A stretch of 64,000 nucleotides of DNA, taken from NCBI GenBank assembly GCA_051878795.1, contig JBJEKU010000010.1, forward strand, positions 13,231 through 77,230. Direction: 5' to 3'. The notes beneath the pieces are model-generated. The model did not search any database and was not told where the DNA came from. It was given only the letters and a program-made list of their open reading frames with translations. Made by a program: the position numbers and the translations under genes. This DNA comes from Eggerthellaceae bacterium. Its GTDB lineage: Bacteria; Actinomycetota; Coriobacteriia; Coriobacteriales; Eggerthellaceae. Of this stretch, positions 50,640-59,325 are shown piece after piece (the stretch's first letter is position 1; each line of letters starts with the position of its first letter).

Positions 50640-51017
50640 ATGAGCGAGCAATTGGTTCTGACCTTCGGCGTTGGAGGCTATTGCAAGGGCAATCAGACCG
50701 TGAAGACCTATCAGCTGGAAGATGGCAGCTATCGCAGCGTCTGCACGCGCATCTACAGCAGCTTCCTCGGTTCCGAAACCGAAGAGGTTGCCATCGACCT
50801 GGAGAAGGAAATCGTTCAGGAATTCTTCGATGCCGCGCAGCAGCTGGGCGTATTCGAATGGGAGCCCAAGTACTATGCCAAGTGCCTCGACGGCCAGGAT
50901 TGGGAGCTTGAGATCGACCACCCCGAATACCCCAAGGTCAAATGCCGTGGCTTGAGCGCGCATCCCTCTGCTTTCTACGAATTGATGGATCTGCTCGCGC
51001 CCTTGGGTTTGAAATAG
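50640..51017 (+). CDS. Hypothetical protein (125 aa)
   Basis: ATG 50640 after GGGAAAGGA. Codon usage looks like the host. The track ORF 50475..51017 runs through the tRNA and cannot be the real start. No family recognised. Confidence 0.55.
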   Translation: MSEQLVLTFGVGGYCKGNQTVKTYQLEDGSYRSVCTRIYSSFLGSETEEVAIDLEKEIVQEFFDAAQQLGVFEWEPKYYAKCLDGQDWELEIDHPEYPKVKCRGLSAHPSAFYELMDLLAPLGLK

Positions 51018-51028
51018 CATTCCTTTTC

Positions 51029-51082
51029 CGCCGTGCGGGCGGTATGCTGTTGCGACAGCTGCCGTCTGCACGGCTTTTTTGT
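51029..51082 (+). terminator. Possible terminator (long imperfect hairpin plus T-run)
   Basis: GCCGTGC (51029-51035) pairs with GCACGGC (51068-51074), followed by TTTTTTGTTTT. Confidence 0.45.
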
Positions 51083-51106
51083 TTTGGGGAGGTTTTCGTG
51101 GGGAAG

Positions 51107-52402
51107 ATGACTAAATACCATGTCGGAGTGGTCCTGACCGGGGCCTTGCTCTGTCTGGCACCGGCAACGATGGCCATGAATACCTGGGGTGTGTTCTTGG
51201 TTCCGATCAGCCGCGACCTCGGGGTGAGCGAGAGCGTGTTCTCGCTGCAGCCTTCCCTTCTCTACCTTTCCGCGGCTCTATTCGCTCCGATCGGAGGGCG
51301 TCTGATCGAGCGTTTCGACTTGCGCGCCGTATTGACCGGGGCTTCGGTGGTTTCCGGCCTGGCCCTGCTCTTGGACGGCATCGGCACCCAGCTTTGGCAT
51401 TTCTATCTTGTTGGGATCCTCCAGGGCTGCTCGGGCGTGGTCCTGATCGCGCTCATGCTCCCCAACCTGATCAGCCGATGGTTCGAGCAGAGGATGGGTA
51501 CCGTTGTGGGCCTGTGCATTTCCATGGCAGGTGTGGGCGGTGCCCTTTGGGCTTTCGTTGCCGGGAAGATCATCATCGCTGCGGGATGGCGTGTTTCATG
51601 CGTGGCGCTCTGCGCCCTGTGCCTGGTTATTTCCTTGCCTGCGTGCCTCTTCCTTTTGAAGAACCGTCTCGAAGATGCGGGGGTGCGTGCCTATGGTTCC
51701 GAAGGGCTTGAACAAGGACAGGGTCGGGAGAAAGCCGAAGGGGGCGTTCCCGCCAAGGTGGCCTTCGCTTCGGCTGCATTTCTGGCGATTTCCGTGGGTG
51801 TGGGGTTGATGAACGGTGTGATCGGCCTTGCGAACCTGGTTCCCTCGTACGTGTACTACCTGGACTCTGCGGGTTTTACGGAAATGGCCTACGAGGACGT
51901 GGTGATGGCCGCCTCGCTCGTGGTGCTGTGCACCCAGCTTGCCCAGGCGACCTTCAAGATCCTGTTGGGCATGCTTGCTGACAGGAATATCAAGCTCGCT
52001 TTCGTGATCGCCTTGGCGAGCGGCTTGCTTGCAATCGCATGCTTCCTTGCAGCGAAAGGCGTCTTCGCCCTGGTGTTTGCGGGAGCCGCTTTGATCGGGT
52101 CGCTGTTCGCGGTGCTCGATGTGCTGTCGCCCGTATTGGTGAAGGGATTCTTCGGCGATAGGGACTATCCGAAGATCTTCGCCCGCTTTGCGATGATCAG
52201 CAATCTGGTGCCCGGATTCGCGGTGCTCGCCTTCAGCGCCATCGCGGCATGCAGCTGGACTGCGACATTCGCGGCAGGCGGCGCTTGCCTAGCCATCACC
52301 CTGGCAAGCGGCCTGTTCGCCATGGCGAGGGCGAACAGGCTCAAGCGGAATCTTGCCTTAGAAGGGGAGGGGGATTCGCTTACTGGAGGTGCATCACGGT
52401 AG
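51107..52402 (+). CDS. MFS transporter
   Basis: About 12 TM segments with a central loop (RLEDAGVRAYGSEGLEQGQGREKAEGG). The start is ATG 51107 or GTG 51098. Confidence 0.85.
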   Translation: MTKYHVGVVLTGALLCLAPATMAMNTWGVFLVPISRDLGVSESVFSLQPSLLYLSAALFAPIGGRLIERFDLRAVLTGASVVSGLALLLDGIGTQLWHFYLVGILQGCSGVVLIALMLPNLISRWFEQRMGTVVGLCISMAGVGGALWAFVAGKIIIAAGWRVSCVALCALCLVISLPACLFLLKNRLEDAGVRAYGSEGLEQGQGREKAEGGVPAKVAFASAAFLAISVGVGLMNGVIGLANLVPSYVYYLDSAGFTEMAYEDVVMAASLVVLCTQLAQATFKILLGMLADRNIKLAFVIALASGLLAIACFLAAKGVFALVFAGAALIGSLFAVLDVLSPVLVKGFFGDRDYPKIFARFAMISNLVPGFAVLAFSAIAACSWTATFAAGGACLAITLASGLFAMARANRLKRNLALEGEGDSLTGGASR

Positions 52403-52793
52403 CGGTCATGCGGGCGCAGTGGGTGCCCAGGTCGTCGAAGACGTCGACCGTATAGAATCCCAGCCTGCGTCCGTTGCGGTCGGGTCGCGCAACGGCGATC
52501 AAGCGGCTTCCCTTGCAGGCCTTCATGGTGTTGATGCAGTTGCTGACCGAAGACGACGGGGGCTGGTTGACGTTCGAGCTGATCGCGAGCGCGAAGTCCG
52601 CCAGCGTGAAGTAGACGCCGCCCATCACGATATCGTGGCCGTTCAGGTGGCGTTCTTCCACATCCATGCTCACGGTTGCCTCGAGGGTTTCGAAATCGAA
52701 GGAATCGACGCGCGCTCCCAGGCAAGTGCTTGCGAAACGGTCGTTGGAGAAGAACTCCCGGATCTGGTCGAGGGTTTCCATCGTCTGGTCCAT
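52380..52793 (-). CDS. PaaI-family hotdog-fold thioesterase
   Basis: Start at MDQTMETL (ATG 52793) after AAAGGA. FFSNDRFASTCLGARV, NGHDIVMGGVYFTLADFA. The 3' end overlaps the convergent MFS gene by 23 nt. Confidence 0.8.
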   Translation of the reverse strand: MDQTMETLDQIREFFSNDRFASTCLGARVDSFDFETLEATVSMDVEERHLNGHDIVMGGVYFTLADFALAISSNVNQPPSSSVSNCINTMKACKGSRLIAVARPDRNGRRLGFYTVDVFDDLGTHCARMTATVMHLQ

Positions 52794-53076
52794 GGTTTGT
52801 CCTTTCGGTTGGTTACGTGCCAAGCGGATTATCCCACAAGGCCCGAAGGCGCGGCGCTTGCAGGGCGTCCCGATTCCCGTTTGCCTGCGTTGCGTATTCT
52901 GCCCAGGGCGGCCTGATGGGATGCCGTTTGGGCAAGATGGCCTGCGCTTGGACGGCATTGGCGTGTGTCGGCGGCTATGGCCTTCGTCTTGATGCTATAG
53001 TGTGATGGTTTGAATTACCCGTCCGGGGCGTGCCGCCCTGGGCGACAAGAGGGGCTTTTGCCCAGGAGGTTCGTTC

Positions 53077-53892
53077 ATGAAGGCTCTTATCCCCGCTGCG
53101 GGCATGGGAACGCGGTTCCTGCCGGCAACCAAGGCGATTCCGAAGGAAATGCTGCTGGTTGTGGACCGTCCCGTCATCCAGTACGTCGTCGAAGAGGGCC
53201 TGGCTTCCGGTGCCGACGAGGTAGTGATCATCAACAGCCGCGACAAGAAGGCCATCGAAGATCACTTCTCTCCCGATGCCGATTTGGAGGCGACTCTCCG
53301 CGAGCGCGGGAAGGACGCCTATGCTGAAGCCGTCGCGCATGCGGGAAACCTTCCCGTTTCCTTCGTCTATCAGGACGAACCGCTCGGGTTGGGCCATGCG
53401 GTCCACTGTGCGGCCCAGAAGATGGACGGCGATCCCTTCTTCGTGCTTCTGGGCGATGTGATCGTGCCCGATAACCAGATGCTGGTGAAGATGCGCGAGG
53501 TATCCGAGCGCCATGGCGGTGCGAGCGTGATCGCGGTGCTGCCCGTCCCCCAAGACCAGGTGAGCCGCTTCGGCGTCATTGCGGGAGAACCTGCCGAAGA
53601 GGGTGTGTGGAAAGTCGACCGCCTGGTAGAGAAGCCGCCTGTCGAAGAGGCGCCGTCCAATCTGACCGTGTTCGGGCGCTATCTGCTTTCCCCCCGCGTG
53701 ATGGAGCTGCTTGCCGAGGTGGAGCCCGGTGCCGGCAATGAGATCCAGCTTACCGACGCCCTTGACGCGGTGCTGGCGGAAGAGGAAATGTACGCGCTTA
53801 TCATCGATGACGAAGACGGTTTCGACACCGGTACGGTGGAAACCTGGCTGGATACCAACAACCGCCTGTATGCGCGTCGGATGGGCAAGTAG
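53077..53892 (+). CDS. galU: UTP--glucose-1-phosphate uridylyltransferase
   Basis: MKALIPAAGMGTRFLPATKAIPKEMLLVVDRPVIQYVVEE, VEKP, and the QLTDA-type motif IQLTDALD. Confidence 0.93.
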   Translation: MKALIPAAGMGTRFLPATKAIPKEMLLVVDRPVIQYVVEEGLASGADEVVIINSRDKKAIEDHFSPDADLEATLRERGKDAYAEAVAHAGNLPVSFVYQDEPLGLGHAVHCAAQKMDGDPFFVLLGDVIVPDNQMLVKMREVSERHGGASVIAVLPVPQDQVSRFGVIAGEPAEEGVWKVDRLVEKPPVEEAPSNLTVFGRYLLSPRVMELLAEVEPGAGNEIQLTDALDAVLAEEEMYALIIDDEDGFDTGTVETWLDTNNRLYARRMGK

Positions 53893-53917
53893 CCCGTTCG
53901 CGTCATCGTGTTTTCCG

Positions 53918-53950
53918 AAGGGGGGCTTGCAGCCCCCCTTCTTCGTTTTT
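53918..53950 (+). terminator. Rho-independent terminator after galU
   Basis: GAAGGGGGGC-TTGCA-GCCCCCCTTC followed by TTCGTTTTT. Confidence 0.7.
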
Positions 53951-54405
53951 CTCTGCGGTTGTCGAGGGGGGCTTTGCGCCGGAGACATAAAACGACCCGG
54001 GTCGGAAAAAGGGGAGGAAACCGACCCGGGTCTGCAAGGAGGGAGGCGATGCTCATCGCATCGCAGCCGCCAGAGAATTTGGGGAAAGGGAGGAGGCGGC
54101 TTCAAACTTCAAGGAGGGTGCCTTTCTGTTTGACGGGTCTCATTATAGAGACCTTCAGTGGAGAACATGAGAGCAGGTCATGGCGCTTTTATGGATATGA
54201 TTTCCCCTTAGCAACCTTTTTTGTCGAAACGGAAACAGAATCGTCTATTTGTGCGGATGGCCTTGCTTTTTTACCTCCGGTGAGCCTTCGGCGCAGGTGA
54301 AGTATACTGTCTCATTGGCGCGTGGAAGCCGCAGGCCCCAGGGCTTTCGGCAGCCTATGCCTTGCGCCTCCAACAAACCATCGCCCCCTCGCGAAAGGAT
54401 CGGCT

Positions 54406-55293
54406 ATGCCAGATATCCAGCTTCGATTCCATCATGACATGCTCGTGCTCTCTTCCCCGATTGCGGGCGCATTGGAGCGCCAGGGTTTCGAAATCGAGGG
54501 AGATATCGAGCTCCTGCTCATGACCGAGCCGGAAGAAGCCGCCGATGCGGTGCGCATGCAATCCGTCGCCGGCGCCCAGTGCCTGGTAACCCCCACGCAG
54601 GGAATCACCGAGGCCCGTTTGGCCAGGCAGCGCATGGAAGGCCATGCGCAGGAAGTGGCGGATGCGGCGGTGGATATGCTGCGCCAGTACAAGCCGCAGC
54701 ATCTGATCGCCGAAATCGGAGCGACGGGGCTTCCTATCGATCCAGGTTCAAAGCCTTCGCTGGTTGCGAACCGGGACCAGTATTCTTCGGCGGCGGCGTT
54801 GTTTGCGGGAAAGGACGTGGATGCCATCTTCTTCAGCGATCTTGCGAGTGCCGACGATCTGCGATGCGCGCTCATGGGCGGGCGCCGCGTATGCGACCTT
54901 CCCCTGTTCGCGAGCGTGCGGGTGGATGCATGCGGCAAAGTGCTCGGGCGCAGCATGCCCGTCGAGGAATGCGCTGCAGTTGCGCAGGAATACGAGGCGA
55001 GCGTCTTCGGAATACACATGGATGCGGACCCCGATGACGTGGTGGCGGTGGCAGGGCGCCTTGCGGGCGCCTGCGATATCCCCATCCTGGTAGAAATCGA
55101 TGTCTTCCCCAAGGTGAGCCGCCTTCCCAGGCATGAACCGGAATCCGCCTACAGCATGCCCGACGACATGGTCCAGCTTGCAGCGCGCCTGCGCGCAGCG
55201 GGAGCGCAGTTCCTGCGTGCGTCCGGCAAGGCGACCCCTTCCTATACGGGTGCGCTTGCCGCAACCGTCATGGGTGTGGACTGCATCCGCTAG
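54406..55293 (+). CDS. Divergent homocysteine S-methyltransferase (PF02574)-like TIM-barrel protein
   Basis: Start at MPDIQL after GAAAGGA. The overall pattern (MTEPEEAADAVRMQSVAGAQCLVTPTQG...; IAEIGATG; VDAIFFSD) resembles Hcy-binding domains, but the N-terminal DGAMGT-type motif is not evident. Confidence 0.45.
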   Translation: MPDIQLRFHHDMLVLSSPIAGALERQGFEIEGDIELLLMTEPEEAADAVRMQSVAGAQCLVTPTQGITEARLARQRMEGHAQEVADAAVDMLRQYKPQHLIAEIGATGLPIDPGSKPSLVANRDQYSSAAALFAGKDVDAIFFSDLASADDLRCALMGGRRVCDLPLFASVRVDACGKVLGRSMPVEECAAVAQEYEASVFGIHMDADPDDVVAVAGRLAGACDIPILVEIDVFPKVSRLPRHEPESAYSMPDDMVQLAARLRAAGAQFLRASGKATPSYTGALAATVMGVDCIR

Positions 55294-55301
55294 GGGGATC
55301 C

Positions 55302-55568
55302 GTGAGCCGCAAGCCTATCAGCAATCTGGAGCGCAGCGAAGACTATGGCGCCCTGCAGAGGGTGGTTGATGCGCTCTTCAAGGAATCCGACTTCGCGAGC
55401 AGGTTGGATGTGGTCATCATGGCCGAATCCTTCGATCTGCCTTCCGACCTTCTGGAGATAGTGGGCCTGCTTCCTTCGGGCACCTATTCCAGGCAGTCGC
55501 TGTGCACCCAGCTGAATTCCTCGATTTCGGGGCATGCCTGGGGGCAGGTGTACGGGACGGTGGAATAG
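55302..55568 (+). CDS. Small hypothetical protein (88 aa), possibly DUF2795-like
   Basis: GTG 55302 is preceded by AGGGGGA and lies 9 nt after the upstream stop. FDLPSDLLEIVGLLPSGTYSRQSL is reminiscent of DUF2795, but the similarity is weak. Confidence 0.45.
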   Translation: MSRKPISNLERSEDYGALQRVVDALFKESDFASRLDVVIMAESFDLPSDLLEIVGLLPSGTYSRQSLCTQLNSSISGHAWGQVYGTVE

Positions 55569-55919
55569 GCAAAGGAAAAGCCCCACCCCCGACCAAAGGA
55601 TGAACCCACCTGACTAAGGTGGGTGCCCGCAGCAGCCTTCCTGGCTTTCGCATCAACGGACGCGAATCCCCATTCCAACGGCAATCTGAGGCTCCCTTGA
55701 ATTATGCATCGGTCCATCGCGTAAATAGAACCGAGGGTGAAGCTCGATTCCGATTATTCTCCAGCGGGCTCTGCAAAAACACCCTTGATTTTTGCTCAAA
55801 GTACGTTTTCGGAAGGCTGCAGGGCTGCGGGATTGCGGGGTGACCCATTGGGGGGACTGTCCGAAGGCTGTGCCCGCGCACGGGGCATTGTCCGAGCACG
55901 CTGTGGTAAAGTTTGCCCC

Positions 55920-57239
55920 ATGGAAAACCTATTCACCGAAATAGAAACCCAGGCGAAGAACAGCGTAGCCCCCCTCGCGGTGCGCATGAGGCCGCGTACC
56001 CTCGATGAGCTGGTGGGCCAAGCACAGGCAGTCGGCCCTGAAAGCTGGCTTCGCCAGGCAATCGAAAGCGACAACCTCTCGAGCGTCATCCTGTTCGGGC
56101 CTGCGGGTACGGGCAAGACATCCATCGCGCGCGTCATCGCGCATTCCACCAAGGCGGCATTCGTGGAGGTTTCCGCCATCGGTGGCACGGTTTCCGATCT
56201 TCGTCGCGAAATCAAGGAAGCCCAGAGCCGTCTGACCTCGCGCGGCCAACGCACTATTCTGTTCATCGACGAAATCCATCGCTTCAACCGAAGCCAGCAG
56301 GACGCCTTGCTCCATGCGGTGGAAGACCGTGTGGTCATCTTGGTGGGCGCCACGACGGAAAACCCCTTCTTCGAAGTGAATTCCGCGCTCATATCGCGCA
56401 GCCGGGTGGTCGAGCTGAAGTCGCTTTCGGACGAGGAGGTCGGGGTCCTCGTGGACCGCGCCTTGGAAGACGAGCGGGGTTTCGGGGGGCGCTATGCCCT
56501 GACGGGCCAGGCGCGCGATGCCATCATCATGCTCGCCGGCGGCGACGGCCGCGGATCGCTCACCACCTTGGAGCTGGCATGCGCGCTCGTCGAACCGGGT
56601 ATGCCGGATGATCCGGCCCTTGTGTCCGAAGACGATGTGCGCAAGGCCACCCCTTACCGCACCCTCGCCTACGACAAGAAGAAGGACATGCACTACGACG
56701 TGATCAGCGCCTTCATCAAGTCGATGAGGGGCAGCGATCCCGATGCCGCGCTCTATTGGCTCGCCCGCATGATCGACGGTGGCGAAGACCCCAAGTTCAT
56801 AGCAAGACGTATGTTCATCGCCGCTTCGGAGGATGTGGGCAACGCCGATCCCCAGGCGATTCTGGTTGCCGAGGCCGCGTTCCGGGCGGCGGAGGTCATC
56901 GGCTATCCCGAATGCCGCATCAACTTGGCGCAGGCGGCGATCTACCTTTCCCTCGCTCCCAAGAGCAATGCTGCGGAGGCGGGAATCGATGCTGCTTTGG
57001 CTGAAGTGAGGAGCGGCCCCATGAGGGAGGTGCCCGCCCACCTGCGCGATAGGCATCGCCCGGGTTCGGAAAACTATGGCGAATACAAGTACCCGCACGA
57101 TTACCCCGCCGGCTGGGTGGAGCAGCAGTATCTTCCCGATGGGTTGGAGCGCGGTTGCTTCTTCAATCCCTCCGAAAGGGGTTGGGAGGCATACCGGACG
57201 GAGGCGACAGTCCGTGACCGCATGGATGGCGGTGCGTGA
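55920..57239 (+). CDS. rarA: Replication-associated recombination protein A (MgsA/RarA AAA+ ATPase)
   Basis: Start at MENLF (ATG 55920). RMRPRTLDELVGQ, Walker A GPAGTGKTS, Walker B LFIDEIHRFN, GATTENP, YDVISAFIKSMRGSDPDAALYWLARM, HLRD. Confidence 0.92.
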   Translation: MENLFTEIETQAKNSVAPLAVRMRPRTLDELVGQAQAVGPESWLRQAIESDNLSSVILFGPAGTGKTSIARVIAHSTKAAFVEVSAIGGTVSDLRREIKEAQSRLTSRGQRTILFIDEIHRFNRSQQDALLHAVEDRVVILVGATTENPFFEVNSALISRSRVVELKSLSDEEVGVLVDRALEDERGFGGRYALTGQARDAIIMLAGGDGRGSLTTLELACALVEPGMPDDPALVSEDDVRKATPYRTLAYDKKKDMHYDVISAFIKSMRGSDPDAALYWLARMIDGGEDPKFIARRMFIAASEDVGNADPQAILVAEAAFRAAEVIGYPECRINLAQAAIYLSLAPKSNAAEAGIDAALAEVRSGPMREVPAHLRDRHRPGSENYGEYKYPHDYPAGWVEQQYLPDGLERGCFFNPSERGWEAYRTEATVRDRMDGGA

Positions 57240-57278
57240 TAGAATGACGGAATCGCTTGATTTGAAAGGATTGCGCCT

Positions 57279-57860
57279 ATGGAAGCTTCAGCAGTAGTCC
57301 AGATCATCCTCATCATCGTGTTCATCGTCGTCGGTTTGGCGCTCATCTGGTTCTTGGTCGAGTTGGTCCGGACCGTCAAGACCGCAAGGAAGGCGGTCGA
57401 GGACATCCAGGCCCAGGTAACTCCCACCCTGGAGCACGTGGAGAAGATCACCGAGGACATCAAACCCGCAATTGCGAAGATCGATCCCTTGGTTGAACGG
57501 GTTTCCCTGACCGTCGATGCGGCGAATCTGGAGATGATGCGCATCGATTCTATCTTGGAGGACGTCAATACCGTTACCGATGCCCTTTCCTCGACGACGA
57601 ATGCGATCGATAACGTCGCCAATGCTCCCCTGAATGTCGTGAACAATGTTTCCAATCGCGTGCATAGCATCCTGAAGGGCCGTAAGAGCAGCGAAAGCTC
57701 TTCCAGCCTTGCGGATGCGAAGGCGCGTAACGAGAAGAGGCCCGAGAGATCCCGCCTGAAGGAGACCGCTCCCAAGGCCGATCCTGCATCCAGCGGCCGC
57801 ATTGAAGATGCGGCATCCGATGCGCCTGCCGCTCGCGAAGCGACCGAGCAGCCCGAATAG
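57279..57860 (+). CDS. DUF948-family membrane-anchored protein
   Basis: N-terminal TM segment VVQIILIIVFIVVGLALIWFLV, then helical repeats (VEDIQAQVTPTLEHVEKITEDIKP) and a charged tail. Confidence 0.75.
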   Translation: MEASAVVQIILIIVFIVVGLALIWFLVELVRTVKTARKAVEDIQAQVTPTLEHVEKITEDIKPAIAKIDPLVERVSLTVDAANLEMMRIDSILEDVNTVTDALSSTTNAIDNVANAPLNVVNNVSNRVHSILKGRKSSESSSSLADAKARNEKRPERSRLKETAPKADPASSGRIEDAASDAPAAREATEQPE

Positions 57861-57867
57861 GAAGCCG

Positions 57868-59274
57868 ATGCAATCAGATTCCGAAAAGCAGCCCGACAAG
57901 CTGGCGGTCAGGTCCCTACAATGGCGCCTGGCGCTTTACGTGGTTTGGACGCTTATCGGCGTTTCGATCCTGGTGTATTTTTCCGGCAATATGCTGGGCG
58001 TGCTTTCCATCCCGGTTGGCATCATAGTTTGGACCACCATCCTGGTGTTCACCTTGCGGGGTGCGGTTGAGAAGCTCTGCGACAGGAATATATCCCGAGC
58101 CGTTGCGGTCTCCCTTGCCTTCGTGCTGCTGTTCGTGGTGATCGCCCTTGTCGTTCTCCTGGTCAAGCCGCTTGTGGCCGGTGGCGGCGGCCTTGACGAT
58201 TTCATGTCGGATGTATCGTCTTCCGTTGCCGTTGTCCAGACGTATGTCGAGAAGCTCTATAGCGATTATCCGCAGATCTTCTCGGACCCCACCGTCATGG
58301 CGTGGATCGAATCGTCATTGGGAAGCGTTGTCGCGTATGCGGAAAAAGCCGTGTCGGGTCTTGCGCAGAATATGGTCAGCTTCGCCGGGTTCACCATGAA
58401 CTCCCTTATGTGCATCATGTTCTCGCTTGTGGCGTCGTTTTGGCTTTTGCTGGAAATGCCCAGGATGCATGGCGAGCTCCAGCGCTTGTTCGGGGAGAAG
58501 TTCAGCGAGGACCTCGGTTTTCTGGGAACTACCTTCTCGAGGGTTCTCGGCGGCTTCATCAAGGGCATGGCGGTCCAGTGCGCGGTGATCGGAGTGGGTT
58601 GCGGGCTTGCCTATACGCTTATCGGCTTTCCGAACGCGCCCATCTACGCCATCATCGTCGCTGCATGCAATATCCTTCCCGTATTGGGGCAATGGGTGGG
58701 CGTTGCGGTAATCGCCTTCGTCTGCCTGTTCACCGATACCATGACGGCGATCCTCATGATCGTTGCCACTTTGGTCATCCAGCGTATCGTCTACATGCTC
58801 ATCTATCCGAAGATCATGGCGGATTCGGTCGATGTCCATCCTGTGCTGGTTATCATTTCCATGATGGTGGGATATGCTCTAGGCGGCACTTTGAGCGGTC
58901 TTGTGGGAAGTCTTGTGGGTATCTTGGTATCCATTCCGCTTGCAGCGGTTGCGAAAGCCATGTTCGTCTACTATTTCGAGAAGAAGACGGGCCGTCATCT
59001 GGTCGCCGAAGACGGAGTGTTCTTCAAGGGCATTCCGAATGACGGGGATGTGCCCGATCCACATCATAACGCGACATCCCCGCATCCTGCGGTGTATGCG
59101 AAGAGGCAGCCGTCGTTCGAATGTATGGCGAGGCTGCGCGATAGGGTTGCGGCTTGCGCTGCTTCAAGGGCATCCGATGCCGAGGAGCGGGATGACGCTG
59201 CTTGTCCCGATGAGCCGGCGAATCCCCGCTGCGGGAAGGACGACTCCGCGAAGGACCCTGAGAAGATAAGGTAA
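57868..59274 (+). CDS. AI-2E (PerM/YhhT) family transporter
   Basis: I chose ATG 57868 (MQSDSEK). Multi-TM protein with the typical C-terminal core (NILPVLGQWVG, PVLVIISMMVG). Confidence 0.85.
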   Translation: MQSDSEKQPDKLAVRSLQWRLALYVVWTLIGVSILVYFSGNMLGVLSIPVGIIVWTTILVFTLRGAVEKLCDRNISRAVAVSLAFVLLFVVIALVVLLVKPLVAGGGGLDDFMSDVSSSVAVVQTYVEKLYSDYPQIFSDPTVMAWIESSLGSVVAYAEKAVSGLAQNMVSFAGFTMNSLMCIMFSLVASFWLLLEMPRMHGELQRLFGEKFSEDLGFLGTTFSRVLGGFIKGMAVQCAVIGVGCGLAYTLIGFPNAPIYAIIVAACNILPVLGQWVGVAVIAFVCLFTDTMTAILMIVATLVIQRIVYMLIYPKIMADSVDVHPVLVIISMMVGYALGGTLSGLVGSLVGILVSIPLAAVAKAMFVYYFEKKTGRHLVAEDGVFFKGIPNDGDVPDPHHNATSPHPAVYAKRQPSFECMARLRDRVAACAASRASDAEERDDAACPDEPANPRCGKDDSAKDPEKIR

Positions 59275-59325
59275 GCGGTGCGGCTTTTGCCTGCCGCGCA
59301 CGAAGATAGATAGGAAAGAATGCCG

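Noticed and set aside
50475-51017. 180-aa track ORF starting at 50475.
   Set aside because: Its first 35 codons run straight through the tRNA-Ala gene and its terminator. The real gene, if any, starts at ATG 50640.
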